A stretch of DNA of 64,000 nt, taken from NCBI GenBank assembly GCA_964057225.1, contig OZ059895.1, forward strand, positions 17,732,001-17,796,000, written 5' to 3'. This DNA comes from Auanema rhodensis. Taxonomy: Eukaryota > Animalia > Nematoda. The first letter of the stretch is position 1. Each line of letters opens with the position of its first letter. The position numbers were made by a program, and so were the translations under genes. This document shows, in pieces, positions 39,904 to 54,353 of this stretch. Below the pieces are notes generated by a model, which was not told where the DNA came from, ran no database searches, and was given only the letters and a program-made list of their open reading frames with translations.

Positions 39904-41317
39904 TCAATCACTAGACATTCTGGATGTTCGTACTTTTTCTATTAGATCTTTCCTATATATATATACTAAAATATATAAACAACAAAACCTAACTTTTTGT
40001 TTTCTAATTCTGCTAAAACATTCAATTTGTCCTTAATATTTGTTCTAATTCGTTCTTGTTCAACATTCAAATTATTCGATGCCGTATTGTCATTCAGAAA
40101 ACTTGGAGCCTTAAAACCTTGAATTCAAGAACAGTATATTTAAATTGATATACTAATCCATAAGTTCCAATCCATTCATCAATCCCTGCTATCCCAACTG
40201 AGCTTATAGTTGTTTCGTTATTCTTCTAAAATGATTATATTCCAAAAAGTGTTGCAAGTTTTAATTACTAGCTCAGAATCCTGAAAGACCTTGATTAATT
40301 CTTCGTGATTTGGACGATCTTCCAAACAGCATGACCAACATCTCAAAAATAACAACCATTATAATAACAAATTTCAATTACCAACTTCTCAATAATGTTT
40401 TGTATAGGAACTTGACGATGGAATTCAGGACGCACTCCTGTTATAACATCAAACATTATTTCTTCAAATAATTTATCTTCATAAGGTTCTCTGAAGTTAA
40501 TTTGGAAATTTTAAATAGAAAAATTACATACATTCGAAATATCATTTGCCACAAACATATACCAAAACTGAAAATATCAGTTTTCCAAGTTGCTGGATTA
40601 TTTTCAAATATTTCAGGAGCCATATGACTAGGAGTACCACATATAATACTTGGTGAATTTTCGTATGTAGCATGTCCTAAATCACAAAGTTTGAGTAAAC
40701 TATGCCGTTTACTCAACAGCATGCTGAATATTTAGAATTATATAATTAAAAAAAGCAAGAAAGTTACTTTTTAAGAGTGACATCCTTATGTATGATCTTT
40801 TTTTCTTTTAAATAACCTAAAGCTTTTAACACTTGAATCATCCACAAGCGTAAATCGTTCCAAGTAAAATTGATAGAGGAGTTCAGAACCACTAAAAAAA
40901 TTATTATTTTGGATCACTAATTGAAGTTTTACATTTATCAAGGTTTCCACATTCCATATACTCCAAAACTAAACCAATTTCATTTTTACACGTGTCAGTA
41001 TACCCATAATATGATATAATATTGGGATGTGCTATTATTTCAAGCATTTCTCTTTCGTTTTTCAGAAGTTGTCGATTACAACCTGGTTTAATATACTTTA
41101 TAGCAACACTGGAAAAAAGAAAATACAGCCGAAGATGAACAAAACCTAACTATTCGGGTAGAAACTCCTTCTTCAATTTTGATAGAACAATAACACCAAA
41201 AGCACCATCTTTAGAAAGCTTAGCGATGGGTTCCGATAGGAATTCGGATTCTATTTTACCTACTTCACAAGGTTTGCATGAATCTTGATGAATATCTAGT
41301 CTTTTCACTGTGTCCAT
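39904..41317 (-). CDS. Divergent protein kinase, TKL/MAP3K (TAK1-like architecture) with C-terminal coiled coil
   Basis: Spliced motifs KDGAFGVI, VAIK, HPNII, LVLEYMECGNL, IIHKDVTLKN, KLCDLG, GTPSHMAPE, DIFSFGICLWQM, RCWS..DRP; tail EQERIRTNIKDKLNVLAELENKKKDLIEK. Confidence 0.8.
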
Positions 41318-41535
41318 CAGGAATCACACAATTGTCAAAAAAACCTGCTCCAGAGTAAAAAACAATACAGTATGCTTTAGAATGGCGCGAATTACAAAAA
41401 ACCATTTATGTAGTAGTTAAGGGTGGTACAATGAATTTACTGATTTATAAATTGAAAAGAAAATGATTAAGTACTGTGTCATGAGATAAAATTTTGTTTG
41501 TATGCTTGTTAGAGAGATATTATCATTTGATTTAT

Positions 41536-41537
<2 letters not shown>

Positions 41538-41595
<58 letters not shown>
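41538..41595. repeat. Compound (CT)n(AT)n microsatellite in the divergent intergenic region
   Basis: Direct reading. Confidence 0.9.
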
Positions 41596-41599
<4 letters not shown>

Positions 41600-41658
41600 T
41601 TATTTATATACATACTTATATTTATATAATTTCCAACTTTCAGTATTTTTTTAAATTC

Positions 41659-44433
41659 ATGGAGCCGTTGGATTCACAAATGGTACTTCAATTCAATATT
41701 TATATATATTTATTTGAAATTTGTTATTTTTTAGGAAGAAGGTACTTCTAATCGCGCATCGTCAGCTGATGAAAATTCTAGCAGGTCAAGTTCGAGGTTT
41801 TTTTTTGAATATTATTTTTGAATAATTTAAAATTAAGGACCGAGAATGCTACTGCTCATGTAACTTCTGGAGGCACTTTAGACTTGTCTGGATTAAGACT
41901 TACATCTCTTTCTAACAAGTTCTCGAGTATGTACGCAATAACTGAAGAATTGGATATTTCTAAGAATAAATTCCAATCAGTTAATATGAATAATTTTAGA
42001 GCTTGTAGAAGGGTACGTCTTCAACTTTATAATTAAATTCACAAAATAAACTTAAGGTTGATATCTCTGACAATATGTTCTCGTCTCTTTCTTCTTTTTT
42101 ACCACTATCTCGTAGAGTTAATAGTATTATTGCTAATGACAATAGAATCAAACTAGCAAGCTCTTTCCCTTTTCAAGATTTTGTCGCATTGAACTCACTT
42201 CAGCTAGCAAGAAATGGCTTGCAGGTTCGGTTTACCACTTTAAAATTGCTTTATGTCTATTTAGACGTGCCCTGCGTTGAAACTACATAATCTTCGTTCC
42301 TTGCACTTGAATGATAATGAAATAACAGATTTTCCTGATTTGTCAGGGCTTCCGTTCCTAGAGTCACTGTTTCTCAGAAATAATAAAATACAAAGTTTAG
42401 AGGTTAAAATAAATATTTTTATATATTTTCTTTAATAGCCAACCTGTTTTTAGTATGGAAATCAAAAGTTGCCAAATTCTCTGCAAGTTCTTGATATATC
42501 AGGTCAATTCTTTTTTATCTCGCAATATTAGTTTTATTTTCAGAAAATCCTATTCATGATCTCTGTGAAGTTTATCACCTTGAGAGAGCAAAATCTATAG
42601 TAAACTTATCCATAGGTTGCTGCAATTGCGTATTTCTTATCTCATTTATTTTTCAGAAAGTTTGCCTTGTTTATCAAATTTTTCTTCTTATCACTACAGG
42701 TCTTTTTTATTAGTTATATTTCCTAGTTTGTTATTCATAAATAATACTGATGTCAATGAAATCGAGAGTTTCAATGGTAAGGTTCAATGTTCATTATTTA
42801 CTTGCAGTATTATTTTTAGCTGAATTTTTAACACTTCGAGGAAATTTAACTGGGTTTCAAAGTAAATTCGCTGCCAATAGAGGGGATAATGAGCATCTTG
42901 CTGAATTTTTGAAAATTAATTCCGTGGCCACTGATGAATCGGGAATATTTCCTAAAGATGAGAAGTTGTACAAGGTTTGCTGTAGCTGATCTCTTAATGC
43001 TATCAGTGTTTTGAAGATGATGATTGCACGATCCCAGTCAAGAAATTCCGTACAGGATGATAAAAGAACTATGTCTGCTTCAATCTCCAATAATGGACGT
43101 AAAAATAAAGAAAACAGAAGAAAGTCGTTCGCTGCTCCTAAACATTTCCTCAGCATAAAATCGTCTGATTTTGTAATTTTGGAATATTTTTTAATGTATA
43201 CATTATAATTGTCTAGGACTCACCGGACAGGGTGTCAACGGATGATGACTTATCCGTACATTCACCTTTTGGTAATTATATAGCAAAATTAGGCAAAGAA
43301 AATCAACACCCATCAGAATTGCATAGTTCAAGGCATTCGTCACCAAGGCAAAAGCACCCAAGAGTATGTGAACCAATTATATATCATTTATTGCACAATG
43401 TTCAGTCATGCCAGGAAAAAAATAGACTAGATTATGTATCTCCTACTTCAAGCGGTATATTGAAGGGAAACAGTCTACCAAGCCGTGATTCTGAAGGATC
43501 TCTTTCGTCTAGCACTTTGGTTATGTCAAGGTTTATCTGTTTTGATGTTATTTTTGGTATTTCGTTTTTTCAGTGACACCCAACGTTCAAATTGCTGTTC
43601 GCGCTCTTTGTTCAGTCCTGTATTAAGCAAGGACCAAGTGGAAGTGAATAATGAAAGAGAACTTAGCACTCCTGTTAAAGATGTACATTCTATCTCAGCT
43701 CTCGTTTTTTGTTTAATTTTTATTTTTTATTTAGTGGGTCTCTGCTGTACCTCAATTAGTTTCTTCTCCAGGATCTAAAAATAACAGTAAAACTGAGCAT
43801 GATGTGAAAGTGCTGGATCTCACATTCACCAAGGTTCTTTTATTTAATTTCTATCTTATTAAATTTTAAATTTTTTTATTTTTTCTGCAGGAAATCGAAG
43901 ATATAGTTCAACTGAAAGCTGTAATTGATGAGTTATATCATCAGAATTTGCAACTATACCAAGTTCAAGATAATTTAAGTGTAACTATGCAAGATATGCA
44001 GGATTATTTTTTGGTATTTATAATTATCTATAACTTCATCTTTATTTTTTTTCAGAAAACGACTAAAACATTAGAATCTCAAAACCAAATACTAACCAAA
44101 AAAATTCAAGCTTTAGAAGAAAAAATGATAGTTCCTGTACCTTCTATTCACGTTGCAAATAGAAACTCCGAAGGTGATGAAATTTCTGCTTCTTGGCAAG
44201 TAAAACCCGTACAAGGTCAGTGAACGGTTTTCGCTTTTAATTGTGTTGATTCTTTAGGATTTAATCTTATTTTGGATGGACAAGTTGTCGGGACTGTGAA
44301 AGGAACCAGTGCCCGGATCACGGATGTTACGGAAGCAGACCACTCCCTACAGGTTCAGGCAATTGGATGGGATGGAAGTCTCGGAAAACTATCGAATAAA
44401 ATTGATATTCCCGCTCGCGACTTCCAAAAATAA
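41659..44433 (+). CDS. Leucine-rich-repeat protein (CEP97-like N-terminus) with Ser-rich linker, coiled coil and FN3-like C-terminus
   Basis: LRRs LDLSGLRL, LDISKNKF, LQLARNGL, LHLNDNEI, LFLRNNKI, LDISENPI; LRR-cap YRSFLL..FPSL..IN; ESFNAEFL..RG resembles CEP97; C-terminal WQVKPVQGFNLILDG...LQVQAIGWDGSLG. Confidence 0.7.
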
Positions 44434-44698
44434 AACTAACTTATTGGGGTAATTTGATAATTTTTATACTTTTCTTTTTTTGAATGCATGCTAAACGTTG
44501 TATATATTTTCTTTTAAAGATCTGTGATATGTGCCTAATGTTTAAAAAAAATCTTGTACATAATAAAACACTGTATGATTTTTTGTTTTAATTGTGTTTG
44601 ATTTCATCCGCTGATGCGGTTTATTACTTTGAATTAAAGCTAGAAAATTGAAGAAAAATTTTATTTGGGTTTGATTGGTTTGCTTTTGGTAATATAAA

Positions 44699-45599
44699 TT
44701 AGATTCTTCTTCTTCTTTGTGGGCATGGACAATATTCGGCATCTCCTCCGACATTTCCCTGTGGTCCTGGTTGTCCTGGGTTTCCGTCAAGACCGTTGAA
44801 TCCGTCCTTTCCAGGTTGTCCTGATGGTCCTTGCATTCCTGGCTCTCCAGATTGTCCTGGCTCTCCTGGGGTTCCAGGTAATCCACGGAGTCCTTGAAGT
44901 CCTGGACGTCCTGGCATTCCAGACATTCCCTTTCCTGTGAGCCCATCTCTTCCTGGTGGTCCAGCCATTCCTGGTTGCCCGTCCTGTCCACGTTCTCCAT
45001 CAGATCCAATATCTCCAGCACGTCCTGGCTCTCCGTCGCGTCCTGGTTGTCCACGCTCTCCTGGCTTTCCTGGCATTCCTTGGAATCCTTCTTGTCCTGG
45101 GAGACCTGGTTGTCCTGGTGGTCCAGCTGGGCACTTGATGCATCCCTTGGGGAAATCTTGTGGGGTGGCAATGACGAGTCCTGGAAGTCCGGTTGGTCCG
45201 TTCTTTCCGTCTGGTCCAGTCTCTCCTGGCTCTCCTGGAGCTCCTGGTGGTCCTGGAGGTCCTGGTGGGCAGTTGTTGGCTGGCAGTCCGCAGCTGCACT
45301 GGCTACTGCTTCTCTTGTTTCTTCCGAAGATGCTACGAGCATACTCGTATGGAGTTTCTTCTCCTCCACGACGGACAACCATTAATTCTCCCCATGTGTC
45401 ATCAGCAACATTCTATAGTAGGTCATTGATTATAACGGTTGAAGCATATTTATTTTCTTACTCTGAATCCTCCGAGTTCTCCCATTACGTCATCGTACAT
45501 GTCGTTGATCTCATTGATAATGACACTTCCTGCCCAGAGGCATCCAATGATGGTGATTAAACCACATGTGGTTCCGAAGGTAACGATAGCTTTCACCAT
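44699..45599 (-). CDS. dpy-5: Cuticle collagen DPY-5, 2 exons
   Basis: MVKAIVTFG...[16 protein letters not shown]...[17 protein letters not shown]...[14 protein letters not shown]...[15 protein letters not shown]...GRDGLTGKG...[14 protein letters not shown] matches recalled C. elegans DPY-5 along its length. Confidence 0.9.
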
Positions 45600-47930
45600 C
45601 TGAAAATGGACTTTAATTACCAAAAAAAAAAAAATATATATATATGAATTAACGAGCATGAAACACTTAATCTGGATAAAGAAAAAAAGAATTGGGAAAA
45701 GTCGGATAAGAAGCTGTTCAGCTTGATGAGATCGCTCTTACATTGCGACAGGCCTTATATAGGATTTTTGAACTTAGCTGACTGAAAGGCGGTCCTATTC
45801 AAGCGACTTGTGGACCTCATATCCTGTCCTTATTCCCCGCCTTTCTCGTTGAATTTGGAAAAACTATGCTTCGTTTTGTAAGCTATGTTTTTGGCCTTAA
45901 CTGATAAATAAGCTCTGAGTTAGATATTCTGATGTATTGAAACTAATGAAGTTGTAGTAAATTACATTTCGTATACATTAAGCTGTAAAATAAATGCCGA
46001 TATCTCACGTTTTAATTAAGGCTTTGATTTCTTGTTGTAAATTACATTAATCTAGGTTTTAAAAATATTTATTGCTCTTATGTGTGAAAATTGAGCTATT
46101 ATTGGGTTTTTCATGATATAAAAGCCACCTTTTTTTAGATTTTCGTCTTTGAAATGACAACAAAGGAGACGTACTATGAGATTCGGTTTTTTGGCATTCA
46201 TTTTCGATCCATTGCAGCTCAACCCGTTTTTGAAACTGGCTAGCGCTCACTTTGTTATTTTATTATCACATTAATTTCTATTAGAATTACGAAATGGAAT
46301 TTGTATATCATCGGCTTAAGCATAATTTTACTGAATTGAATTTGACCAACAGAGAATAAGTTAATGACCTCTGAATGATTGACAACATACATCGCAGATT
46401 TATAAGTTATGCTATACGATGATGTCATGTAAGGTGTTGAAGATTAATATGCTTTCCTTCAAATGCCTCGTGATAAATTCAATTCTATAATACGATTACT
46501 TTGTACTAACTATCCCGTCATAACGCAAAAAATATCCGTTTCTTTTACAAATTCTGATATCTTAGCTCAAAATGACATCAAACAAAATACGTTTTTGATT
46601 TTTCAACATATGGCCTAAGCCTCGTGGTGTTTTGAAAGTCGACGATTAGCAAAATCAAAAAAGACATGAAACTCATCACAAAGAATTGTTGGTCGGATGA
46701 CTGTCATCAGAAAAGAAGATCTTCTATATAAATTTTGTCGTGGATTTCACCGTTATCTAGAAAACTGATTCTTAGAAACTCGTCAAGCGCAGCTGCCCTG
46801 AAGATGGGCCTTAATTTCGACCACCTAGTATTTTAGCAATTTTAGCCTTACTATAGAAAAATTGTTTCAAAACGTTTTCTTAAACGGCTCGTAGGAATGA
46901 ATTAATGATTGAGAATAAATATCAAATGAAATTCAATTGGAATGAATAAAATTAATTTCATTTCCTTCTATGTGTTGTATGTGATCGGTTGGTCAATATC
47001 CATGATTTTAGCAAATAATATGAATAACATAATGTTTCTCATCGAACATATACATATACATACAAAATGCTAAATACGGTAAACAATACAAAACTATTCT
47101 TAGCAATATTTTGGCTGAAGGCGTTGAGAAGCTTATAGGTCTTGCATACAATTATTGTCGATTTTTATTGTTCGAATGCAACTATTTATTATTTCACACT
47201 GTTCATATTTTTTGTTTCAGATCACAGTGCTCTTGTTTAATCTACAAATTGTAAATCAAATATGGTAATAGCCTTTTTAAGCCAGGTGGGTGGAAGAACG
47301 ATTCTCGTTACTATGCAAATCCGTAACTTTTATATATATATATATTTTAATATAATTTCAACGGAGGTTTTTGTTCTCATTCTATATAAAAAATGACGAA
47401 CGTTCTATATTCAACTTGTCAAATGCCATTTTTCTGTATCCTTGCTGCTTCTTTGACTGCTCTTTGAATGTAACCTTCATTAATCAAATATCAAGCTCTT
47501 GTTCTCTTGATAAGAAGTAGCTATTTGTTTGCCAAGTTCATTCCAGGCACTTATTTCGATAGTCATTTATTACCGCTTACTGTTATTACTGTACATTGAT
47601 TCTCAAAGATTTTTAGTTTGCTCTATTTTCCTGTTATATTTTCATTTATTTAACAATTAATTACAAAAATTTAAAACAAAATCAATTTTTTTTATTACCA
47701 TATTTTCTCATCACTACGGCATTATTTATTTTATGTTATTTTAAGTTTTTTCGGCTTTTTACTAACACTTCTAACCTGAAAATGATTAAGTGCTTATCTT
47801 CTATCTTCAGTTATCTTGTTTCTGTGTTTGCTTTTTCATACGGGTTTTTTGGTTTTTTTTTCAGAATTACTAATGCTCAATTTTAACGCAGTACATTAGA
47901 TATCAGATTTTAACTTATTACTAACATACA

Positions 47931-50900
47931 ATGGAACTTGGTAAGTCATATTGGTTATCTTTAACTAATATCTTGTCCTAATGTCGTCCTGTCTAGTTCA
48001 CTTTCAACTATTAGTGTATCTTTTCTATCTTATACCCTTTCATTAACAATTATTCAACTTTCCTACTGTGAATGAGAATCCTAATCATTATTGTGTGATG
48101 GATAACCTCGATTGTACGATAAGTTTGGACAATATGATTCCTTCAGAACGTCTCCGCATGTCTGGATCTTTGGATTCTCCTGATCGCCCTCCTATGAATC
48201 AGGTTTCATTTTTTGAATTTTCAAGCAGAATATTCATTTATTTTCAGGAACAATATGATCATGAATATGGTTTAAGAAAAAAGATGGATGATTATAATGC
48301 CTTGGGAAATGTTAAACGGTTTGTTATTATTTGCTTTATTTTTTTCAATATTTTATGCTTACAGGAAACTGCAGAAATCGTATTGTGTTGCATTTACCGG
48401 ATGGAAACCTTTTCTAAATACTGTATTCAGCTTCATGCCCATATTGGAATGGCTTCCTAAGTATAAATTCCGAGAGGACTTTGCTTCGGATATCATAGGC
48501 GGTTTGACCACAGGGGTTATGCATGTACCTCAAGGTTTTTTTATTTCTTATATGATCTCTTGAACGGTAGGCTTTGTTAGGAATTGCTTATTCAATATTA
48601 GCTCACGTCGACCCTGTTTATGGACTTTACGCATCTTGCTTTCCTGCGTTTTTCTATATGTTTTTTGGAACATCTCGTCATACATCTCTAGGTGATCTTA
48701 ATTCTAATCAAGATTTCATGAAATCAAGTTTTTGTTTTCAGGTTCATTTGCCGTAGTTGCACTTATGGCTGGAGTTGCCAATGATAAAGTTCTGGAGAAC
48801 TACAAGAATGTGACTTTGAGTGAAAATGGAGATCTCATAACTACATATACTGTATCAACGATAGAAGTTGCGACGACGCTAACATTTGCCGTTGGAATTT
48901 GGCAGGTTTCAATATTATTGCTCGTCGAGAGTTTTGTCATATCATACTTTCAGACTGTCTGTGGAGTTTTACGATTGCAATTTCTTATGACGTACCTTTC
49001 TGACCCATTAGTTGCCGGATTCACTACCGGTGCTGCCGTACATGTTTTGGTTTCTCAAATAGATGATATTATGGGAATTGACGTTCCCAAAGCCTCAGGA
49101 CCTGGCTATATATTTGTGGTATAGATATGATTATTAAGTTTTAAAATATAATATGGTATTTCAGCGCTTATTTGATTTATTTAACTTGATTCCTCAAGTG
49201 AATTTGTTTTCTCTCGGTGTTTCGATCGTATCGATGGTATTTCTCTACATTGGTAAAGAATACCTTGCACCTTTCATTGCCAGAAAAACCAAATGCTCCT
49301 TGCCAATACCGTTCGAACTAATCTTGGTAGGTTCAATCAATGTTATACCTTTTACTTAATGTTATACAGTTGGTGATCATGGCCACGTTATCTCCTCTTT
49401 TGTCATGGAATGAAAAATTTGATGTTATGGTAGTAGGTAAAATCCCAGCTGGTGTTCCTCTCCCACAAGTTCCAAATTTGTCTATAATCAAAGATTGCTT
49501 TATTCAATCTATTGGAATTGCCATTGTAACAATTGCTATCCATGTATCAATGGCTAAAATGCTTGCAAAAAAAATGAACTATCGTATTGACACTAACCAG
49601 GTAATACCCTAAATATACTGCTTATAAATACCGTTCTGATTTTTCAGGAGTTGTACGCACTGGGTTTTTCTGATATGCTTAGTGCCATGTTCCCCGTCTA
49701 TCCTGTTTCTACTGCATTAGGAAGAACTATGGTTAGTGTTAAAAGTGGAACAAAAACTCAGGTAGTACTTCCTCTGTATGATACCATATTAAAAGTTCTT
49801 TCCAGCTATCTACCATCTTCAGTTGCCTTCTGTTGTTGGCAATAATTCTATTTTTGGGACCTTTGTTAGAACAATTACCTAAGGTATGTTATAAGTTCAG
49901 TTCTTTCTTGAAACAAATTGTAGTGTGTACTTGCTTCTATCATCGTCATTGCTCTTCAATCTATGTTCAAAAAGTTTAGCGATCTTAAGAAGTTATGGGT
50001 TGTTTCTAAGGCTGATTGGGTGAGTTTTTAATTTCTGTACTCGATTACCATTTTTGTTCTGTTATGTTTTCAGCTGATTTGGCTGATTGCCTTCCTCAGT
50101 ACTGCTTTTATTGATGTTATGGAAGGTCTTGTTGTATCTTTGATTTTCGCTATTATGTCAGTAATCTTCAGAACACAATGGTAATCCTCTTTTAAGCAAT
50201 GATTTCTAAAATTATTACATAGGCCTCGTTGGAGTTTTTTGATTGAAAAACCATCCGCAGATACTACTACAGAAGAAAAAGATTCTCCCAAGTATCATAA
50301 CAATATGGCTTTATTGCGATTTAATTCTCCTCTTCTGTTCACCAATGCTGAGAGGTAAAACGGAAATCTTCTAATAATCATAGGAATTCTATTTAAGATT
50401 CCGTGACTGTGTAAATAAAACAATGACCGCATGGGATTTGGAACTAACAGATGTGAGACCATTTTCATGTTATGGAATATACTAATTAATTTAGATTTCT
50501 GTAAAAACTCCTCAACAGGAAGATAGCTGTATCCCTATTTCTGAACTTCCTCGCTTCCTTCTCATTGATTGTTCAGGTATATCTTACATTGATTACATGG
50601 GAATTACTACATTAAAAGAAGTGAGTGTTTCATCAATCGTTCGAATTGTATATATATATATTTTTAGATTTCCAAAGAATTACTGGAGAGAAATACGAAC
50701 ATTTCTCTAATTTCTGTTAATGGTAAGCGTTGTATACAAATGTTGCATAGATCATATTTCTCTATCAGATGATGTACAACGAGTAATGGAATCTAGTGAA
50801 TTTTTCAAAATCGTTAATAAGGACCATCTGTTCCCTACCATAAGAGATGCTGTGGCAATTGCAAATAGAAATTTGTAAGAATTATTGTGAAGCTCATAGA

Positions 50901-51090
50901 AATTACTTAATTTTCTATATTAAGATATGCTTTGGAAATGTTGTGCCGCCCCAAAATGCTTCACGGCGAACAATATGAAGCTAAGCCAACCGAATTGGAC
51001 GATGATTTCCAAGCTTTAGCAACATGTCTTCAAACTCCCACAGGACAAAAACACCATATTGTGAAACTCACACCTCCCCCCAAGGAGTAA
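47931..51090 (+). CDS. SLC26/SulP anion (sulfate) transporter with STAS domain
   Basis: [85 protein letters not shown] and [13 protein letters not shown]. The start exon (ATGGAACTTG/gtaagt) is inferred. Confidence 0.92.
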
Positions 51091-51285
51091 TGATCTCTCA
51101 TGATGGCTTTCTATGAACACAGATTTATATTGAATCGAATTTATTCACCAAAAAACGTTACAAACGTTCATTTCATTCATGCAAATTGTATGACCGTATA
51201 CATATAAATATATAGAATTATTACAAGTTTCATAACTTACGTTTAGAAGCACCAGAGGTAGTAAAACAAAAACATCACAGGCATT

Positions 51286-54200
51286 TCAAATTTGATCTTC
51301 TTCACCGACTCTAGCAGCAAGCATCTGTTTGGCTATTAAAGAGTAATATAGACCTTCCTTATCAGCCATAAGCTCATTATGGGTTCCACTCTGAGAATTG
51401 AGATTTTATCTAAAAGTGACGTATTCGTAAACACCTGAACCAAAGTTCCTTTTTGAATAACAGCTATTCTATCTGCTTTTTCGATTGTAGACAACCTGTG
51501 GGCTATAATTAGAACGGTACGTTCTTTGACACATCTTAAAATAGTGTATTCTGAATATTGTGGGATATCATATTAGGTAACTACCTATTTAATGCTTCTT
51601 GAACTAGTGCTTCTGACTCTGCATCAAGAGCACTAGTAGCCTCATCTAATATAAGAACTGCTGGATTACGAACTAAGGCTCTGGCAATAGCAATACGTTG
51701 TTTTTGACCTCCTGGATATTAAAATATCTCAAATATACAAATTATTTTGAACAAACCGGACATTTGAACCCCTTTGTCACCACAATTAGTATCATATCCC
51801 TTTTCCAATTCCATAACAAAGTTGTGAACATTGGCCATCTGAGATGCAGCAAGCATGTCATCTTCAGTAGCATAATCACATCCATATAAAATGTTATAGC
51901 GAATCGAACCATCGTATAATACAGGCTCTTGTGCAACCAAAGCAATCTAAAGAAACTGCTTTTGTAAAGTAAATACATTTCAAAGACTAACTCTTTGATG
52001 GTAATAAACATGAGAAATCTGCTCTATTGAAACCCCGTCCAGAGTTATTGAACCACTATTAGGCTCATAAAAGTGTTGAATCATTGCAACAATAGATGAC
52101 TTTCCACCGCCACTAGGCCCAACAAGAGCAACGGTCTCACCAGCCCCGATTTTTAGATCGAGACCCTGATAGTAAAAAATGTTAATAGTAATGAATTATT
52201 AATAATAAATTTTATAAAAATACCTTCAACACTTGGTTATTTGGACGGGAAGGATATGTGAAATGCACATCATTGAAAATAATTTCGCCATTCACATCAG
52301 GACGAAGTTGACCATCCATTGGGATTTCTGGTTTGCGATTCATGTACTCAAACACCTATATCAAAATATGAATAAAACAAAAGTAAGTTTCAGAACTTTT
52401 CGAGAAGCTCCAATAGATTCCATAAGACCAGTAAAGACATAACCAATACTCTATAATTCAAAGATATTTCATCGCTACAGAAGAATATAACTTACAGCCA
52501 AATTTTCACCTAATTGCATTTGATAAAGCAAGAAAGTAATCAGATCTTCTGTTGACATTTGATCTAAACGGTACTAAATTGCCAACAATTCATCATATAT
52601 ACTAACTAGACATAACAAGATGACCACCATAGAAGAGTACAGCAACTAAAATGATGTTATCGCAAATTTCGGTGGTCCATGTGTACCCCATATAGGCAAG
52701 AGATCTGGATTTTAAATGTTGGAATCATACATCCACATCAAGTCAATACCTTTTCCGTCCAATCTTCAATGTCACACTCAATTGATCACTAAATCTTTGA
52801 GCTTCACGTCGTTCACAAGCAAATGATCTGGAAGTTTACAATCTATTATGAGCTAACAGATAAAATCTACCTCACAGTCCTCATAGTCGATAAGACTTCT
52901 TCAGCGACATGATTAGCTTTACCAATAGATTCTTGAATTTTCTCAGAAAGAGCCTGAAAGAATGAATGATCAATATTCATTCAAATTCAAATTAATATTC
53001 CACATACATCAAAGTAGGCACCGTATAACTGACTTATGCATCCTACCAAAGGAACAGCCATTATGGTAATCTGAACGATTTAAGTTTAAATAATGTTTTC
53101 AACTCATGAAAGTGAAACCATAGTCAATTTCCAAGATTTAATAAACATGTAAATTAGGGCTCCTACAAGCATAATGCCATTTCTTAAAAAAACGTTCAGA
53201 TTGGTGGCTACCGTAGTTGACATGGTTTGACAATCAGAAGTTAGTCGGGATACGATTTCCCCTGAGATTTTTATAGTAAATTTGTATAATCTTTACAAAT
53301 ACCTGATTTAGTAACATCAAAAAATGCAATATCTTGAAGAACTAAAGAACTGAACAGATGTTGCCGAATTTGCCGACTAACTTTGGCAGAAGCATAATCA
53401 AAGCATCCACCCCGTAAACCGCCAGCAATTGAACTTCAAATAAACCTATGCTCAGATTCCGTCAGCTTTAATTCAAACCTGACAAATGTTAAGACCGACA
53501 TGATGATTACTGAATGAATTAGCACATCGTAACCTTTGGTCTTTACAATATTTGCGATAACGTCACCCATCATAGACGGAATAAACACACGTGCTATTAC
53601 ATAAAACTTAATCTCGAAGTTGAATACAAACATTACCAAAGGCATAGATATTCAGGAATACGAAACCTAATGCAAACCAAATCCATTGGTCTTTACAATA
53701 AGCCAAAAGTTTTAATGCATGTTGTCCTGTACTGATACGAGCCTCTTCTGAAAGAGAATAAAAATACTGAGAATTTCAACATTAAAACAAGAATGTTTCA
53801 TACGTGACTAAAAGTAATACATACCTGTGCTGATTACAGATTCTAAGTCTGAAAACAGTCGTCGCTGTGAAGAAGCGATACTCTGATTATCGTCATCGAC
53901 TAGTCGCGAATAAGGAGTTTTTTTACGTGCAATAGTGAAAAACCATAATGACGCGAAACCAATTGAAGAAAGGATAGAAAAAGCTACTAAGTACCACAGA
54001 CCGTAGTAATAAAGCTGTTCAGGTCTCTCAGCAAAAGCAAGAACTTTTCCTAGAGTATACGAATAACAGAATATCGTATAGATAAGTACTGGGGTGAATA
54101 AAATAGTATTAACTTTTTCCTTATGCAGAATGATTAATATTACAGCTGTAATGAGGAATAAAGCTCTGAAGCATGCTAGAACCACAAAGTCAAAAGGATT

Positions 54201-54353
54201 ATCAGTGAAGGAGTAGCCATCCAAGAATACTAGATATTTCAAAACAACATCAAAACGGAAAGAGCCAGAAGGTGAGAAAAATCCAAGTAGTAATGTTGTG
54301 ATTGGTATATCAAGCAGTAAGTATAAAACTATCAAAATAGACCTATGTCTCAT
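51286..54353 (-). CDS. haf-2: Half ABC transporter, ABCB9/TAP-like (HAF family)
   Basis: N-terminal extra TM domain, [19 protein letters not shown], Walker [18 protein letters not shown], signature [26 protein letters not shown]. The C-terminus [13 protein letters not shown] recalls HAF-2; the paralog assignment is from memory. Confidence 0.85.
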
